DNA of 41,361 bases from the IMG/VR virus record IMGVR_UViG_3300048850_000033, positions 1-41,361 of that record. The stretch is one strand, 5' to 3'. Origin of the DNA: a virus. Lineage: Duplodnaviria > Caudoviricetes. This document shows positions 1-8,535 of the stretch, one piece after another. The position numbers were made by a program, and so were the translations under genes. The notes under the pieces are model-generated. The model was not told where the DNA came from and did no database searches. It worked only from the letters and a program-made list of their open reading frames with translations. Position 1 is the first letter of the stretch, and each line of letters begins with the position of its first letter.

Positions 1-78
1 GCTGGAAAATAGAACGTAAACAAGCGCGTGCGGCACAAACCTGAAGTGCAGCGGATTTTTTGGTGCTTTGAAAAAGAA

Positions 79-127
79 GCTGGAGCGGGTAGCGGGAATC
101 GAACCCGCGTATTCAGCTTGGAAGGCT
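79..127. repeat. att core, left copy (displaced 3' part of tRNA-Gly)
   Basis: GCTGGAGCGGGTAGCGGGAATCGAACCCGCGTATTCAGCTTGGAAGGCT is identical to 41235-41283. Confidence 0.97.
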
Positions 128-153
128 TCCAGAACATTGAACAATATCAAGGC

Positions 154-163
154 GGCGTGTCAC
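154..163 (-). promoter_or_regulatory. Putative integrase arm-type site
   Basis: GGCGTGTCAC is the exact reverse complement of GTGACACGCC at 41203-41212 near the other att site. Confidence 0.6.
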
Positions 164-219
164 GACGAATCCGGGGCGTTGCATAAGCGCCTCGGATATT
201 CTGACATGTGGCGAGGGCG

Positions 220-248
220 TTGACGCGCCCGCCAGCCAGCCATATCTC
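220..248 (+). promoter_or_regulatory. Putative sigma70 promoter for the 255 ORF
   Basis: TTGACG-17 nt-TATCTC, with ATG 6 nt later and no Shine-Dalgarno (possible leaderless mRNA). Confidence 0.45.
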
Positions 249-254
249 CCGGTC

Positions 255-602
255 ATGTCCGAACTCAAAACCCTCTCCGACTTCACCAAGCCCCACATGG
301 TGCTGAACTGCCTGGCGTGCGGCAGAAAGGGCCGATACAACGTCGCACGGCTGATCGAGAAGCATGGGCCGGATATGCCGATCCGCGACTTTATCGATCT
401 CATCGGGCAAAGCTGCCCGAAGTGGGTGCACCCGCAGAAATGGGAGTCGTGCGGGCTGGGATGTAACGACCTGATCTATATGTTCGCGCCGCTGCCTGGA
501 GTTGATGGGTATGCGGAGAAGAGGGATTTAGGGCGGGATGTTCAGGCCGCCCCTCGTGACGAACGTCATGAACGCCCCGAGGACGCCGAGCACGATCGCT
601 AG
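255..602 (+). CDS. Hypothetical Cys-rich, possibly Zn-binding protein (moron-like)
   Basis: CxxCGRxGRY motif plus further cysteines; own promoter; opposite strand to the late operon. Confidence 0.75.
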   Translation: MSELKTLSDFTKPHMVLNCLACGRKGRYNVARLIEKHGPDMPIRDFIDLIGQSCPKWVHPQKWESCGLGCNDLIYMFAPLPGVDGYAEKRDLGRDVQAAPRDERHERPEDAEHDR

Positions 603-821
603 GACGATGGTCACCAGATAGCCGTTGATCTTGTCGAGCTTCTTATCGAGGCCGACGAACTTCTCGAGCAGGTTCTTCCACTGTTCTTCCTTGCGAGCGT
701 CCGCAATATCCGCCTGGACAAACCGCTGCTCTATGTTGGCGACCCGTTGCTCTGTGGCGGCGTGCTTGTGCTCGAGTGAGACGACCCGGGATCGTAGATC
801 GGCGGTGTCCATCGTGGTCAT
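528..821 (-). CDS. Coiled-coil protein with C-terminal TM helix (holin/XhlA-like lysis accessory)
   Basis: Heptad region followed by YLVTIVLAIVLGVLGAFMTFV; last gene of the lysis cassette; start could be TTG at 842. Confidence 0.65.
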   Translation of the reverse strand: MTTMDTADLRSRVVSLEHKHAATEQRVANIEQRFVQADIADARKEEQWKNLLEKFVGLDKKLDKINGYLVTIVLAIVLGVLGAFMTFVTRGGLNIPP

Positions 822-878
822 ATCTGGCGTTCCGTTTTGCAATCCCCTGCCCTCGTTTATGCATGCCACGGATGGGAA

Positions 879-904
879 GCCGGCTCCCGAGGATGAGAGC
901 CGGC
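879..904 (-). terminator. Hairpin, possible terminator in the lysis cassette
   Basis: GCCGGCTC...GAGCCGGC 8-bp stem; weak U-tail. Confidence 0.4.
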
Positions 905-912
905 CTGTTCTG

Positions 913-1083
913 TTACTGCGAGTTCTTCGGCGCGATGTAGGTCAGCAGCGCCGGCAGGCCGATCGTGAGCGCATAGAGCGCCAGATAGCCATACCAGGGC
1001 GTACCCTCCGGCATGAAGGGGAGACCGGCGGTTCCGGTCAGAGCGCCACCAGCGGCGGCGGCAACGGCTTTCGAGATGTTCAT
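913..1083 (-). CDS. Small two-TM membrane protein, holin candidate (56 aa, absent from the ORF track)
   Basis: Translated by hand: MNISKAVAAAAGGALTGTAGLPFMPEGTPWYGYLALYALTIGLPALLTYIAPKNSQ; SD AAGGAG upstream. Confidence 0.7.
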   Translation of the reverse strand: MNISKAVAAAAGGALTGTAGLPFMPEGTPWYGYLALYALTIGLPALLTYIAPKNSQ

Positions 1084-1095
1084 GGCGGTCTCTCC

Positions 1096-1422
1096 TTACT
1101 CCGCGGCTTTGGCTTCGCGCAGGGCGAGCGAAACAGTCGCGTAAGCGGTCGCGGCGACCACGAGCGCATTGGCGGCCGTGACGCTTCCCGGGTCGGCGCA
1201 GATCACCCGCACGCCGTCATAGGCAGCCTTTTCCTTGGCGATGGTCTTCGCCTTGATGTTTCCAGATGCTGAAGCGGCGATGAATGCGGCATGAGCCGTA
1301 TCGAGCAGCGCGCAGGTTTTCGGCAGGCCGGTCTTGATCGCGGTGTCGATCGAGCCGGTAGTGGTGCAGGACGCCAGCATAAGGCATGCCGACGCCGCTG
1401 ATGCGATGATCAGTGAACGCAT
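1096..1422 (-). CDS. Lipoprotein, spanin-like lysis accessory candidate
   Basis: Signal peptide with lipobox LASC; directly downstream of the endolysin. Confidence 0.65.
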   Translation of the reverse strand: MRSLIIASAASACLMLASCTTTGSIDTAIKTGLPKTCALLDTAHAAFIAASASGNIKAKTIAKEKAAYDGVRVICADPGSVTAANALVVAATAYATVSLALREAKAAE

Positions 1423-1449
1423 GGTGAGTTCCTTCGATGATGGAGAGGG

Positions 1450-2187
1450 TTAGAGCTTGGCTTTTGCTTCAGCGCGCAGCTTGTCGCCGCAAGCCTTTGC
1501 GCCTTTCACTGAGGGGTCGAACGCGAGACGCGTGAAATCCCATTTTCCGCGTTGCTGAATGCCGAGATTGTTCTGCACCTCGGCATGAGAGAGGACGGTC
1601 TTGTCAGTGACCGGGATCGCGTAGCGGCGGCATAGGTCGGCTACGACGGATGTCAGGGCATCCCACTGTTCCCGGGTCATCGGATATTTGCCCGGGTCAA
1701 ATGGCGCCTCGTTCGCTCCCCCCATGCAGCAGAGAGAGATGCCGATCGAGCCCGAGTTGGCGCCGAGGGTATGGGCTGCATAGCCCTTCTTCGCCGGTGC
1801 CTCGTTGAGCGCGATCGAGGGAATGCCGCGGACTAGCTTCCCGTCGTCCTCGATAAGGATGTGATAATGGCCCCGGTCGAACTCGCTGGCCTTGTGCGCG
1901 CCGGCCGTCCAATGGCAGATGATCCGCCCCATCTTGGCTGCCGGCATCCATTCGGACGGGACAGCGCCCCCTAATCCGAGCCTTTCGCGCGCGGCGGCGA
2001 CCGTCGAAGCGCTCGTTCCGGCGGGGAATAGAGGTTCAGACAGGGCCCGAAGCTTCTGCAACTCGTCGAGCGCCTTTCCAACCGCAGCGATGGTCTCGCC
2101 TCCTGGATCGCCGTCCGCGCCAAACTTCGGCAGCGGGAATCCAAGCGCGATCAGTCGCCGCTGCAGAGCCTGCACGGTCGTTTTCAT
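1450..2187 (-). CDS. Endolysin: N-terminal peptidoglycan-binding domain plus N-acetylmuramoyl-L-alanine amidase (Amidase_2)
   Basis: ALQRRLIALGF..GADG PG-binding motif; ICHWTAG, AHTLGANSGSIGIS, VLSHAE and KWD amidase motifs. Confidence 0.9.
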   Translation of the reverse strand: MKTTVQALQRRLIALGFPLPKFGADGDPGGETIAAVGKALDELQKLRALSEPLFPAGTSASTVAAARERLGLGGAVPSEWMPAAKMGRIICHWTAGAHKASEFDRGHYHILIEDDGKLVRGIPSIALNEAPAKKGYAAHTLGANSGSIGISLCCMGGANEAPFDPGKYPMTREQWDALTSVVADLCRRYAIPVTDKTVLSHAEVQNNLGIQQRGKWDFTRLAFDPSVKGAKACGDKLRAEAKAKL

Positions 2188-2209
2188 CCGTCGTTTGTCC
2201 TTCGGGGAT

Positions 2210-2662
2210 TTAGAGGCTGGCGGCGGCCGCCCACATCGTATCGATCTGCTCGTCAGAGAGTCCGAGCGCGGCGCCTACCATGGCGATAAGCGGGTGCATG
2301 CGCTCGAAAGTGGTGGCGTATTCCCATTCGATCTGGGCGGCTTCCTTTTCGGCGCCCTCCGGCATCGCCTCTATCGACGCGGTAACCTGCGCCAGTGCAA
2401 AGCCGTTGCTGACGAGACCGAGCCGGATTTGGCGAGCCGAGAGGGCGGGCATGTGGATGGATGGTTGCGGCGGGATGAGTTCCGGCACCCATTCGCTGCC
2501 GCCCCACTTGAAGATGTGGCCGGGGATGAATTCGGGCGGGGCGATTTCGGTCGCATAGGCCGGGATGAGATACACTCCCGGCTCCAGCGGGCTTTCGTCG
2601 GCTTCTGAAGACCCGGTGTATTCGAGCGTGTTCGGATGATAGTTGTAGACGGTCAAGGGCAT
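2210..2662 (-). CDS. Tail fibre assembly chaperone-like protein
   Basis: YNYHPNTLEY...LIPAYATEIAPP...W motif typical of Tfa-like proteins; immediately after the fibre gene. Confidence 0.75.
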   Translation of the reverse strand: MPLTVYNYHPNTLEYTGSSEADESPLEPGVYLIPAYATEIAPPEFIPGHIFKWGGSEWVPELIPPQPSIHMPALSARQIRLGLVSNGFALAQVTASIEAMPEGAEKEAAQIEWEYATTFERMHPLIAMVGAALGLSDEQIDTMWAAAASL

Positions 2663-2671
2663 GATCGATCC

Positions 2672-4036
2672 TCAGAATTTGATGCAAGCGAGCAGAGCGA
2701 CGTTGCGAGGACGGGTTTCAGTGCCGCCGGTCGATCCCGAATTGAATTCGGCGATGTCGACCGTGTGGCTGTGGGTGTCTGAACTGGTCGTGCCGGAATA
2801 CGTGTGGGCGTGGTCACCAGCAGAATTTATCGACACCGTGCTGTTTTCAGTAGCGTTACCTTCCAGTACTCGTCCGTTACCAACCCCGCCGCTCGTCGTG
2901 CTTGGAGCCGTATGGGTGTGTGCGCCTGTCGTGTTCGTCGAGCCGGAATAGGTATGCGAATGGGTGTCCGAGGAAGTCGCCGTGCTCGGAGGGTTGACGG
3001 TGTGCAGGTGGCTTTTAATATCTTCGGCCTGTTTAGAGCCGAACACGCGGCCGCTATCTACGGTGCCGCCGTCCGCCCAACCGCGGATAAATTCGCCGCG
3101 AAGGTCGGGGACGTTAAACGTGGTGGAACCATCACCGGCGCCGTAGGTCGTCCCTATCGCGCCGAACAAATCGGCGTAGGTGGTGCGGGATACGGCGGCG
3201 CCGTTGCACCGAAGGAAACCGGCCGGTGTGGCGTTGCGGGCCGTGTGAATGATCGCCCCTGGAGGAAGCGCCATCGAGGCGAGGCTGTCCACTTCCGCCT
3301 TGCTATAGACATCGAGGGTGGTGCGTGCTGCGGTGTTTGAACTGTCGTCTAGCAGGGTGCGGGCGAAGCTGGTCAAAGTCGCGACGGCGTATGTGTCTGC
3401 AGCGGTCGTATAAATCATCCGATCGGCAGCCGTCGTAAGCCCGGCGATCGAGGCTAGGCCGGCGTCATATGCCTGCACCTGCGAGCCGATCGTCACTCCC
3501 AGCGTAGCCCTCGCCGCTGTCGCGTCAGCATCGTCCAGGATGGTGCGGGCAAACGATGTCAGAGTCGCTACAGCATAGGTGTCGGCCGCGGTGGTGTAGA
3601 TCATTCGATCTGCAGCCGTCGTCAGTCCTGCAATGGAAGCGAGGCCAGCGTCGTATGCCTGGACGTTCGTTCCAATCACAACGCCAAGGGTGGAGCGGGC
3701 GGCCGTCGCGTCCGCATCATCGATAAGCGAGCGACCGAACGCGGTAAGCGTGGTGACCGCATATGTGTCCGCCGCAGTCGTGTAAGGAAGCTTGTCCGCC
3801 GATGTCGTCAAGGCAGCGATGGAAGCGAGAGCGGCGCTTGCAGCCTGCGCCCCGATGGCCGTCCGCGCGCCGCTCGCCGTCGTCGCCCCCGTTCCGCCGG
3901 CCGTAATCGGACGTGCCGCGTTGGCGTCTGCCGTCAGATCGTCCACGAACGCATTGTAAGGCACGCTCTGTATGGTCGTGTTGGACACGCCTTTGGTGCC
4001 GGCAGGAGGGCTGTAGACGCCGCCTGTACGTGGCAT
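2672..4036 (-). CDS. Tail fibre with 62-aa repeats, collar domain and His-rich tip
   Basis: Collar motif PAGFLRCNGAAVSRTTYADLF..TFNVPDLRGEFIRG; HxH repeats; ETRPRNVALLACIKF C-terminus; start chosen at MPRTGG after GGAG. Confidence 0.92.
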   Translation of the reverse strand: MPRTGGVYSPPAGTKGVSNTTIQSVPYNAFVDDLTADANAARPITAGGTGATTASGARTAIGAQAASAALASIAALTTSADKLPYTTAADTYAVTTLTAFGRSLIDDADATAARSTLGVVIGTNVQAYDAGLASIAGLTTAADRMIYTTAADTYAVATLTSFARTILDDADATAARATLGVTIGSQVQAYDAGLASIAGLTTAADRMIYTTAADTYAVATLTSFARTLLDDSSNTAARTTLDVYSKAEVDSLASMALPPGAIIHTARNATPAGFLRCNGAAVSRTTYADLFGAIGTTYGAGDGSTTFNVPDLRGEFIRGWADGGTVDSGRVFGSKQAEDIKSHLHTVNPPSTATSSDTHSHTYSGSTNTTGAHTHTAPSTTSGGVGNGRVLEGNATENSTVSINSAGDHAHTYSGTTSSDTHSHTVDIAEFNSGSTGGTETRPRNVALLACIKF

Positions 4037-4094
4037 TGGCATTCTCCATTGCTTGAGATAGGATTCCCGCCTCAATTGAGGCTGAGGAGAAAAC

Positions 4095-4451
4095 ATGAAA
4101 CGTGTGGTGGCTGCCGCGTTTGCGGCTCTTTCACTGACTGCGTGCCAAGGAACACCAATCGGCGACGCCATGATCGGCGAGGAAAAGCTCGCGCAAATGG
4201 ACGATCAGTATTGCCAGTCCATCGGCGCCACCCCGAAGTCGCAAGCATATGTGCAGTGCCGGATGTTCCGCACTGGCCAGCGCCAGGAGAGCCATAGGCA
4301 GGCTTTCCAGAGGGCCGGGGCCAGCTTTGCCGCCGCCGGCGCAAACATGCAGCGTACCGCAGCCGCCAACCGCCCGATCAACTGCACATCCACGCCGACC
4401 AGCACTTGGGTCGGTGGGCCGGTGCGCCAAGTCAACACGACGTGCTATTGA
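4095..4451 (+). CDS. Lipoprotein (moron)
   Basis: MKR + hydrophobic stretch + lipobox LTAC; strong SD GAGGAG; antisense to the late operon. Confidence 0.85.
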   Translation: MKRVVAAAFAALSLTACQGTPIGDAMIGEEKLAQMDDQYCQSIGATPKSQAYVQCRMFRTGQRQESHRQAFQRAGASFAAAGANMQRTAAANRPINCTSTPTSTWVGGPVRQVNTTCY

Positions 4452-4708
4452 TGAAGACGATTGATCACGACGCTAACGAGCCGCCGATCGACAGAGGGCC
4501 AGGGCCGTGGCGGTGGGTTCTTCCTGTTGTGCTGGCGGTTATCGGCCTGAACGCTTACAGCAGCGGCCTTGACTGGGTTTCATTCGCTTGCGGCGGTGGC
4601 GCCGGTATTGTTCTGACTGCCTGGGCGATTGAGGTAACCGGCAACAAAGTGCCGACCTCATGGCGACGCAATTCGCCCCGCGCCGGCCGCCCCAGAGCTG
4701 ATCATTGA
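4451..4708 (+). CDS. Small two-TM membrane protein (moron)
   Basis: TGATG overlap with the lipoprotein gene; two hydrophobic segments. Confidence 0.7.
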   Translation: MKTIDHDANEPPIDRGPGPWRWVLPVVLAVIGLNAYSSGLDWVSFACGGGAGIVLTAWAIEVTGNKVPTSWRRNSPRAGRPRADH

Positions 4709-6670
4709 AGCTATGATCTGCGCCCGGACCTGATCGGATCGAGACAACCGCCCAATGCCGCCGCTAAGAAGCTGGCGCGCCGCCTCCGGGTTCGTTTCCA
4801 TCATCACCCTCGCCACTTGTTCAATAACGCGCGGCGGCATGCCTTGAGCTTCCCCGACCACCCGCCGACCGCCGTCCATCAGCGCGCCGACGAGATCACC
4901 CCGGAACAGCTTTGACATTACGCCGGGGTCGAATTTTGCCATTTCTGCCGCGTCGGCGAGGTTGTCGGCCGTCTTGGATCCACCAAGCGCCGCATTCGCG
5001 GTGTCGAACATCTGCTGTTCTCGGGCAATCCTGTTGCCCAACTGGCTCGCCCGCTCCGGGAGAGCGAAGGCAGGGAATTCCTCTCCCGTCTTCGGCGTGA
5101 TCAGACCGCGCGCCTTATTCGTTGTCGGCGACATTGAGGCGGATTCGACGCGGGCGATCAGCGGGTCCACATAGCCTGCGCGGAACGCGGACTGCTCGTC
5201 CGGCGTCATGCCTTGGAAATGAGGGATTGTGTCACCGGAGCGCATCCGGCCCGATGCGGCGTTGCGGCCAGTGTCGACAGCATCAATCGTTCGGCTTTGC
5301 TGGCGGAAAGTGTCATTTGCGGCACGGTAGCCCGATGAAGCGTTTTCCAGAGCCTCATCAAGGGCACCGTAAACGCCCCGCATATCGTTTGCCACCTGCG
5401 GGTTGCGCTGCATCTGCTGAAACAGGTCAGACTTGATATTCAGAACGCGATCGAAGTCGATAAGCTGCTCGCCGTCCCGCTGCAATTGGTCGCGGAGAGC
5501 CATCAACCGAGGCCCAAGCGGACCGGCGCTTAGCGCGGTGTCTCCGAGGATGGGGTCTCTGCCAAGAAGGCTATCAATCTCGTCTATGGCGTTGTTGAGG
5601 TTGACGGCGCCAGCGCCTTCTCTCGCCGCTCCATAGTTGGTATTGGCGGAGGCTGTCCGCTGCGCCGTAAGGGATGCTGCGCGCTGTGCCGCTGTATCGG
5701 GCGCCCCAAAGCCTTCGGAAAGGAAGTTCGACAACCGGTCGCCCTGCCCCGCCTGGCGCGTCTGCAGCGCCTCTATGACCGCCTGACGCTCGTTGTTCGG
5801 CGTCCGGGCCACCGTCGAGAGCATCCGCTGTCCGGAATTTCCCATAGCGTCGGCGACCGTGAACATGCCCTGTTCGTCAGCCTGGGAGCGCGTGAGCGCC
5901 TGCGCGATGTCGTCGACCGTCATACCGGAACGGCGCACGCCTTCGCCGATCGCGCGCTCTGCATAGCGCTCCGGAAACAGTCTGGCCGTGACCGGAGCCG
6001 CTGCCATTCCGCCAACCTTTGACACGCCTGCGACGGCAAGCGGAGCCGCACCGCCGAGTAGGAGACCGGCCGCCCCACCAACGCCAGCGCCCTTAAGCCG
6101 GCCTTCAACGCCCTCCCCGCTGCCAGCACCGTGTGCGCCACCAAGAATAGCGCCCTCTCCGGCTGACGTGGCCGCAACGCGCCCGAGACTGGAGCCGCGG
6201 TTGATCGCATTGGCCGTCATGGAAAGGCCGTTCTTCGCGAGACCTACGCCGCCAGCAACGCCGCCAGTGATCCGGCCGGCGAGCGATGCAACCTGATCCT
6301 GCTTGTCGCGCTGGTCTTGGGCTATCCGCTCACGGCGAAGATTCCGGCTGTAATCGCCGAACTCCCCGCCAATACCGGTCAAAGCGCCGCCGGCTGCCGC
6401 AAGCTCATCGGCCATCCCGAGAGACAGCGTGTCGGCAGCGCCTCGCATGAAGCTGTCCACATTCCGCCCGAAGCCGTCTCCGCGATTGGCGGCAGCCTGC
6501 GTCAAGGCGGACAACTCGCCGCGTGCATCAACCGACTGCTGGCTTTCGGGTTGAGGAGCGGGCGACGAGCCCAGATGCTGCTGAAGCGCCTGAAATGCAC
6601 CTTCGGCGTTCTCTCCGGTCACCCGGTACGACTTGCCATCAGGGCCGGTGATCTTGAATGTGGGCATCAC
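4658..6670 (-). CDS. Internal virion / DNA ejection protein
   Basis: Gly/Ala-rich hydrophobic repeats; PTFKITGPDGKSYRV start; third large gene after the tail nozzle gene. Confidence 0.7.
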   Translation of the reverse strand: MMPTFKITGPDGKSYRVTGENAEGAFQALQQHLGSSPAPQPESQQSVDARGELSALTQAAANRGDGFGRNVDSFMRGAADTLSLGMADELAAAGGALTGIGGEFGDYSRNLRRERIAQDQRDKQDQVASLAGRITGGVAGGVGLAKNGLSMTANAINRGSSLGRVAATSAGEGAILGGAHGAGSGEGVEGRLKGAGVGGAAGLLLGGAAPLAVAGVSKVGGMAAAPVTARLFPERYAERAIGEGVRRSGMTVDDIAQALTRSQADEQGMFTVADAMGNSGQRMLSTVARTPNNERQAVIEALQTRQAGQGDRLSNFLSEGFGAPDTAAQRAASLTAQRTASANTNYGAAREGAGAVNLNNAIDEIDSLLGRDPILGDTALSAGPLGPRLMALRDQLQRDGEQLIDFDRVLNIKSDLFQQMQRNPQVANDMRGVYGALDEALENASSGYRAANDTFRQQSRTIDAVDTGRNAASGRMRSGDTIPHFQGMTPDEQSAFRAGYVDPLIARVESASMSPTTNKARGLITPKTGEEFPAFALPERASQLGNRIAREQQMFDTANAALGGSKTADNLADAAEMAKFDPGVMSKLFRGDLVGALMDGGRRVVGEAQGMPPRVIEQVARVMMETNPEAARQLLSGGIGRLSRSDQVRAQIIASMISSGAAGAGRIASP

Positions 6671-8535
6671 TCTTCCTCGATCGTGTAGCCACCGATGGTG
6701 GTCGTCTTCTTGCCGCCAGCGGGCGGCTTGTAGCTGCCGCCGCCGCGCAATTCGTTGATGCGAGTGGACTTCACCTCTTTTACCCGGCGCGCGAGGTTGA
6801 TCATGCGATCGATAGTCCGCTCGCGAATGTCCGGGTCTGTCGAAGGATCGGCTAGGATATCGACAAACCGAGCCAGTTCGGAATCCGTCGTCGCCCCCTT
6901 GAGCGTTTGGGCCATAGACTGAATGGCTTCCATCGACATCAGCTTGTTGAATTCCGATGTCGCCTTCGCCTTGTCGCTGTCGATCAAGAGCCCGGCGCCA
7001 GGAACGTTTGTGCCTATCGTCCCGAGGATCCCCGCGCCGGTGCCAGTGAAGGTTTTGCGATTGAGATCCCGCGCCTGCTCGAGTGCCGAAAGGGTGTTGT
7101 CGAGGAGCGGGAGCTCATCCTCTGCAGCCCACATCGCTTTCTTGTCAGTCGCGGTGAGCTCTTGAGCATCCTCGCGCGGCATTTTCCCAGTCAGAACGAA
7201 CGACTGGTAGCGCGGGTCTTCTGGCGTAAGACCGAGGCTTTCAGCAGCCGCCTTGCGCGCATCCACTTCGTTGCCGACGTTGATCGTCTGGCCTGCGCCC
7301 CCAACGGCATCGATCTTACCGCCGCGCGAGCGCTGATAGACGCGCTGATCTGTGTCCGGAATGCCGAGTGCCTGGCGCTCTTCTGCGGAGAGGACCTGAT
7401 ATTCCGGCTGCGGGTTGCGCATCTGGTCAAGCTCAAGGCGCCCTTTTTCGAGCTGCATCTGCCGCACAGGATCGGATTGCTCAATCTGCTGCTGGTAGAG
7501 CGTCTGGATCACCGCCCGCTGTTCTTCACTGAGGAACGGATTGCTGAGAGCCCGGAGCAACGACATCTGATCCGGGCCTTGCGGCGCCTGCTGCTGAGGC
7601 TGGGGCTGCTGCTGGCCCATTGCCTGCGCCTGGGCGATCTGCTCGGGCGACGCAGGTGCGCCGCCCATGAGCGCCGGCATGATGCCGCCTTGCGCGTTGG
7701 CGAGCTGCGCCGACTGCTGTTCTGGCGCGGGCTGTGGGGCTTGCTGCGGTTGACCGGCGGCCATTGCGTTGACAGCACCCGCGGTGTTTTGGGGTAGCAT
7801 GCCGGCGGTCGGGTCCAAACTAGCTATCTCGGTCTGCTGCGCCTGCGGCCCAAGGGCGGACATGAACTTGCGGCCATAAGTGCCGACATCCGTTCCGAGC
7901 GAATCCTTGCGGTTCGTCTTGCCAACGCCGCCGGGGCCGGCGAACCATGCCTGCGCGGCTCCTTCCGGCCCGAACTTCTGCACGTAGCTGTTGAACTTCC
8001 CGTCGAAAATGGCGTCTTGAAGCTGAGGATTCGCCATAAACTCGTCGGGCGTGACCTCACGGCCGAGCACTTCGCGCGACCACGGCCCAATGTTCGCTTC
8101 CATGATTTGGTAGCGACCGAGGGCGCGGCCCATCTTCGGATGAGTGGGGCCGACAGCCTTGTAATCGCCGCTTCCGGCGCTCTCGATCGAGGCGATCGCG
8201 TCCCGGTAGGAGGACGAACCGGAAGTGGCCGCCGCAGTGCTCGCCGGCTTGATGCCCGGAGAAAGCATGCTCGACGCGCTCACGTCAGGCGCTTGGCCGA
8301 TGATCCTGTTGAACAGGTCATCCGCGGCGCTTTTGCTCGCCTTTTCGGCCTGCCCGGTGCGATGATTGCCGATCCCGACCGCCGCCCCCTTGAGCATGGC
8401 GCCAATGCCCTCGTAAGCGTTCTTCGGCGCCTCTCCCATCACCTGAGCCGACAACGCCTCGAGCATCGCGCGCTTGCGGGCGAGCGTCTGGGGCGTCTCG
8501 GCAGTGTTGCCGCCGAACAGGAACGAGTAGGCCAT
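6667..8535 (-). CDS. Ejection protein with lysozyme/lytic-transglycosylase-like domain
   Basis: AIASIES (catalytic Glu) ... ALGRYQIM ... AAQAWFAG motifs; Gln/Pro linker. Confidence 0.8.
   Translation of the reverse strand: MAYSFLFGGNTAETPQTLARKRAMLEALSAQVMGEAPKNAYEGIGAMLKGAAVGIGNHRTGQAEKASKSAADDLFNRIIGQAPDVSASSMLSPGIKPASTAAATSGSSSYRDAIASIESAGSGDYKAVGPTHPKMGRALGRYQIMEANIGPWSREVLGREVTPDEFMANPQLQDAIFDGKFNSYVQKFGPEGAAQAWFAGPGGVGKTNRKDSLGTDVGTYGRKFMSALGPQAQQTEIASLDPTAGMLPQNTAGAVNAMAAGQPQQAPQPAPEQQSAQLANAQGGIMPALMGGAPASPEQIAQAQAMGQQQPQPQQQAPQGPDQMSLLRALSNPFLSEEQRAVIQTLYQQQIEQSDPVRQMQLEKGRLELDQMRNPQPEYQVLSAEERQALGIPDTDQRVYQRSRGGKIDAVGGAGQTINVGNEVDARKAAAESLGLTPEDPRYQSFVLTGKMPREDAQELTATDKKAMWAAEDELPLLDNTLSALEQARDLNRKTFTGTGAGILGTIGTNVPGAGLLIDSDKAKATSEFNKLMSMEAIQSMAQTLKGATTDSELARFVDILADPSTDPDIRERTIDRMINLARRVKEVKSTRINELRGGGSYKPPAGGKKTTTIGGYTIEEE

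Noticed and set aside
79-127. Second tRNA-Gly gene
   Set aside because: Only the 3' portion is present; the D-arm and 5' acceptor strand are missing, so it is the att duplicate
10-150. Alphaproteobacterial LexA box (GAAC-N7-GAAC) near att or at 39795-39830
   Set aside because: GAAC/GTTC half-sites are present but the spacing or second half-site does not fit
2672-3300. Diversity-generating retroelement or invertible tail-fibre cassette
   Set aside because: No reverse transcriptase, invertase or TR/VR pair seen in the window
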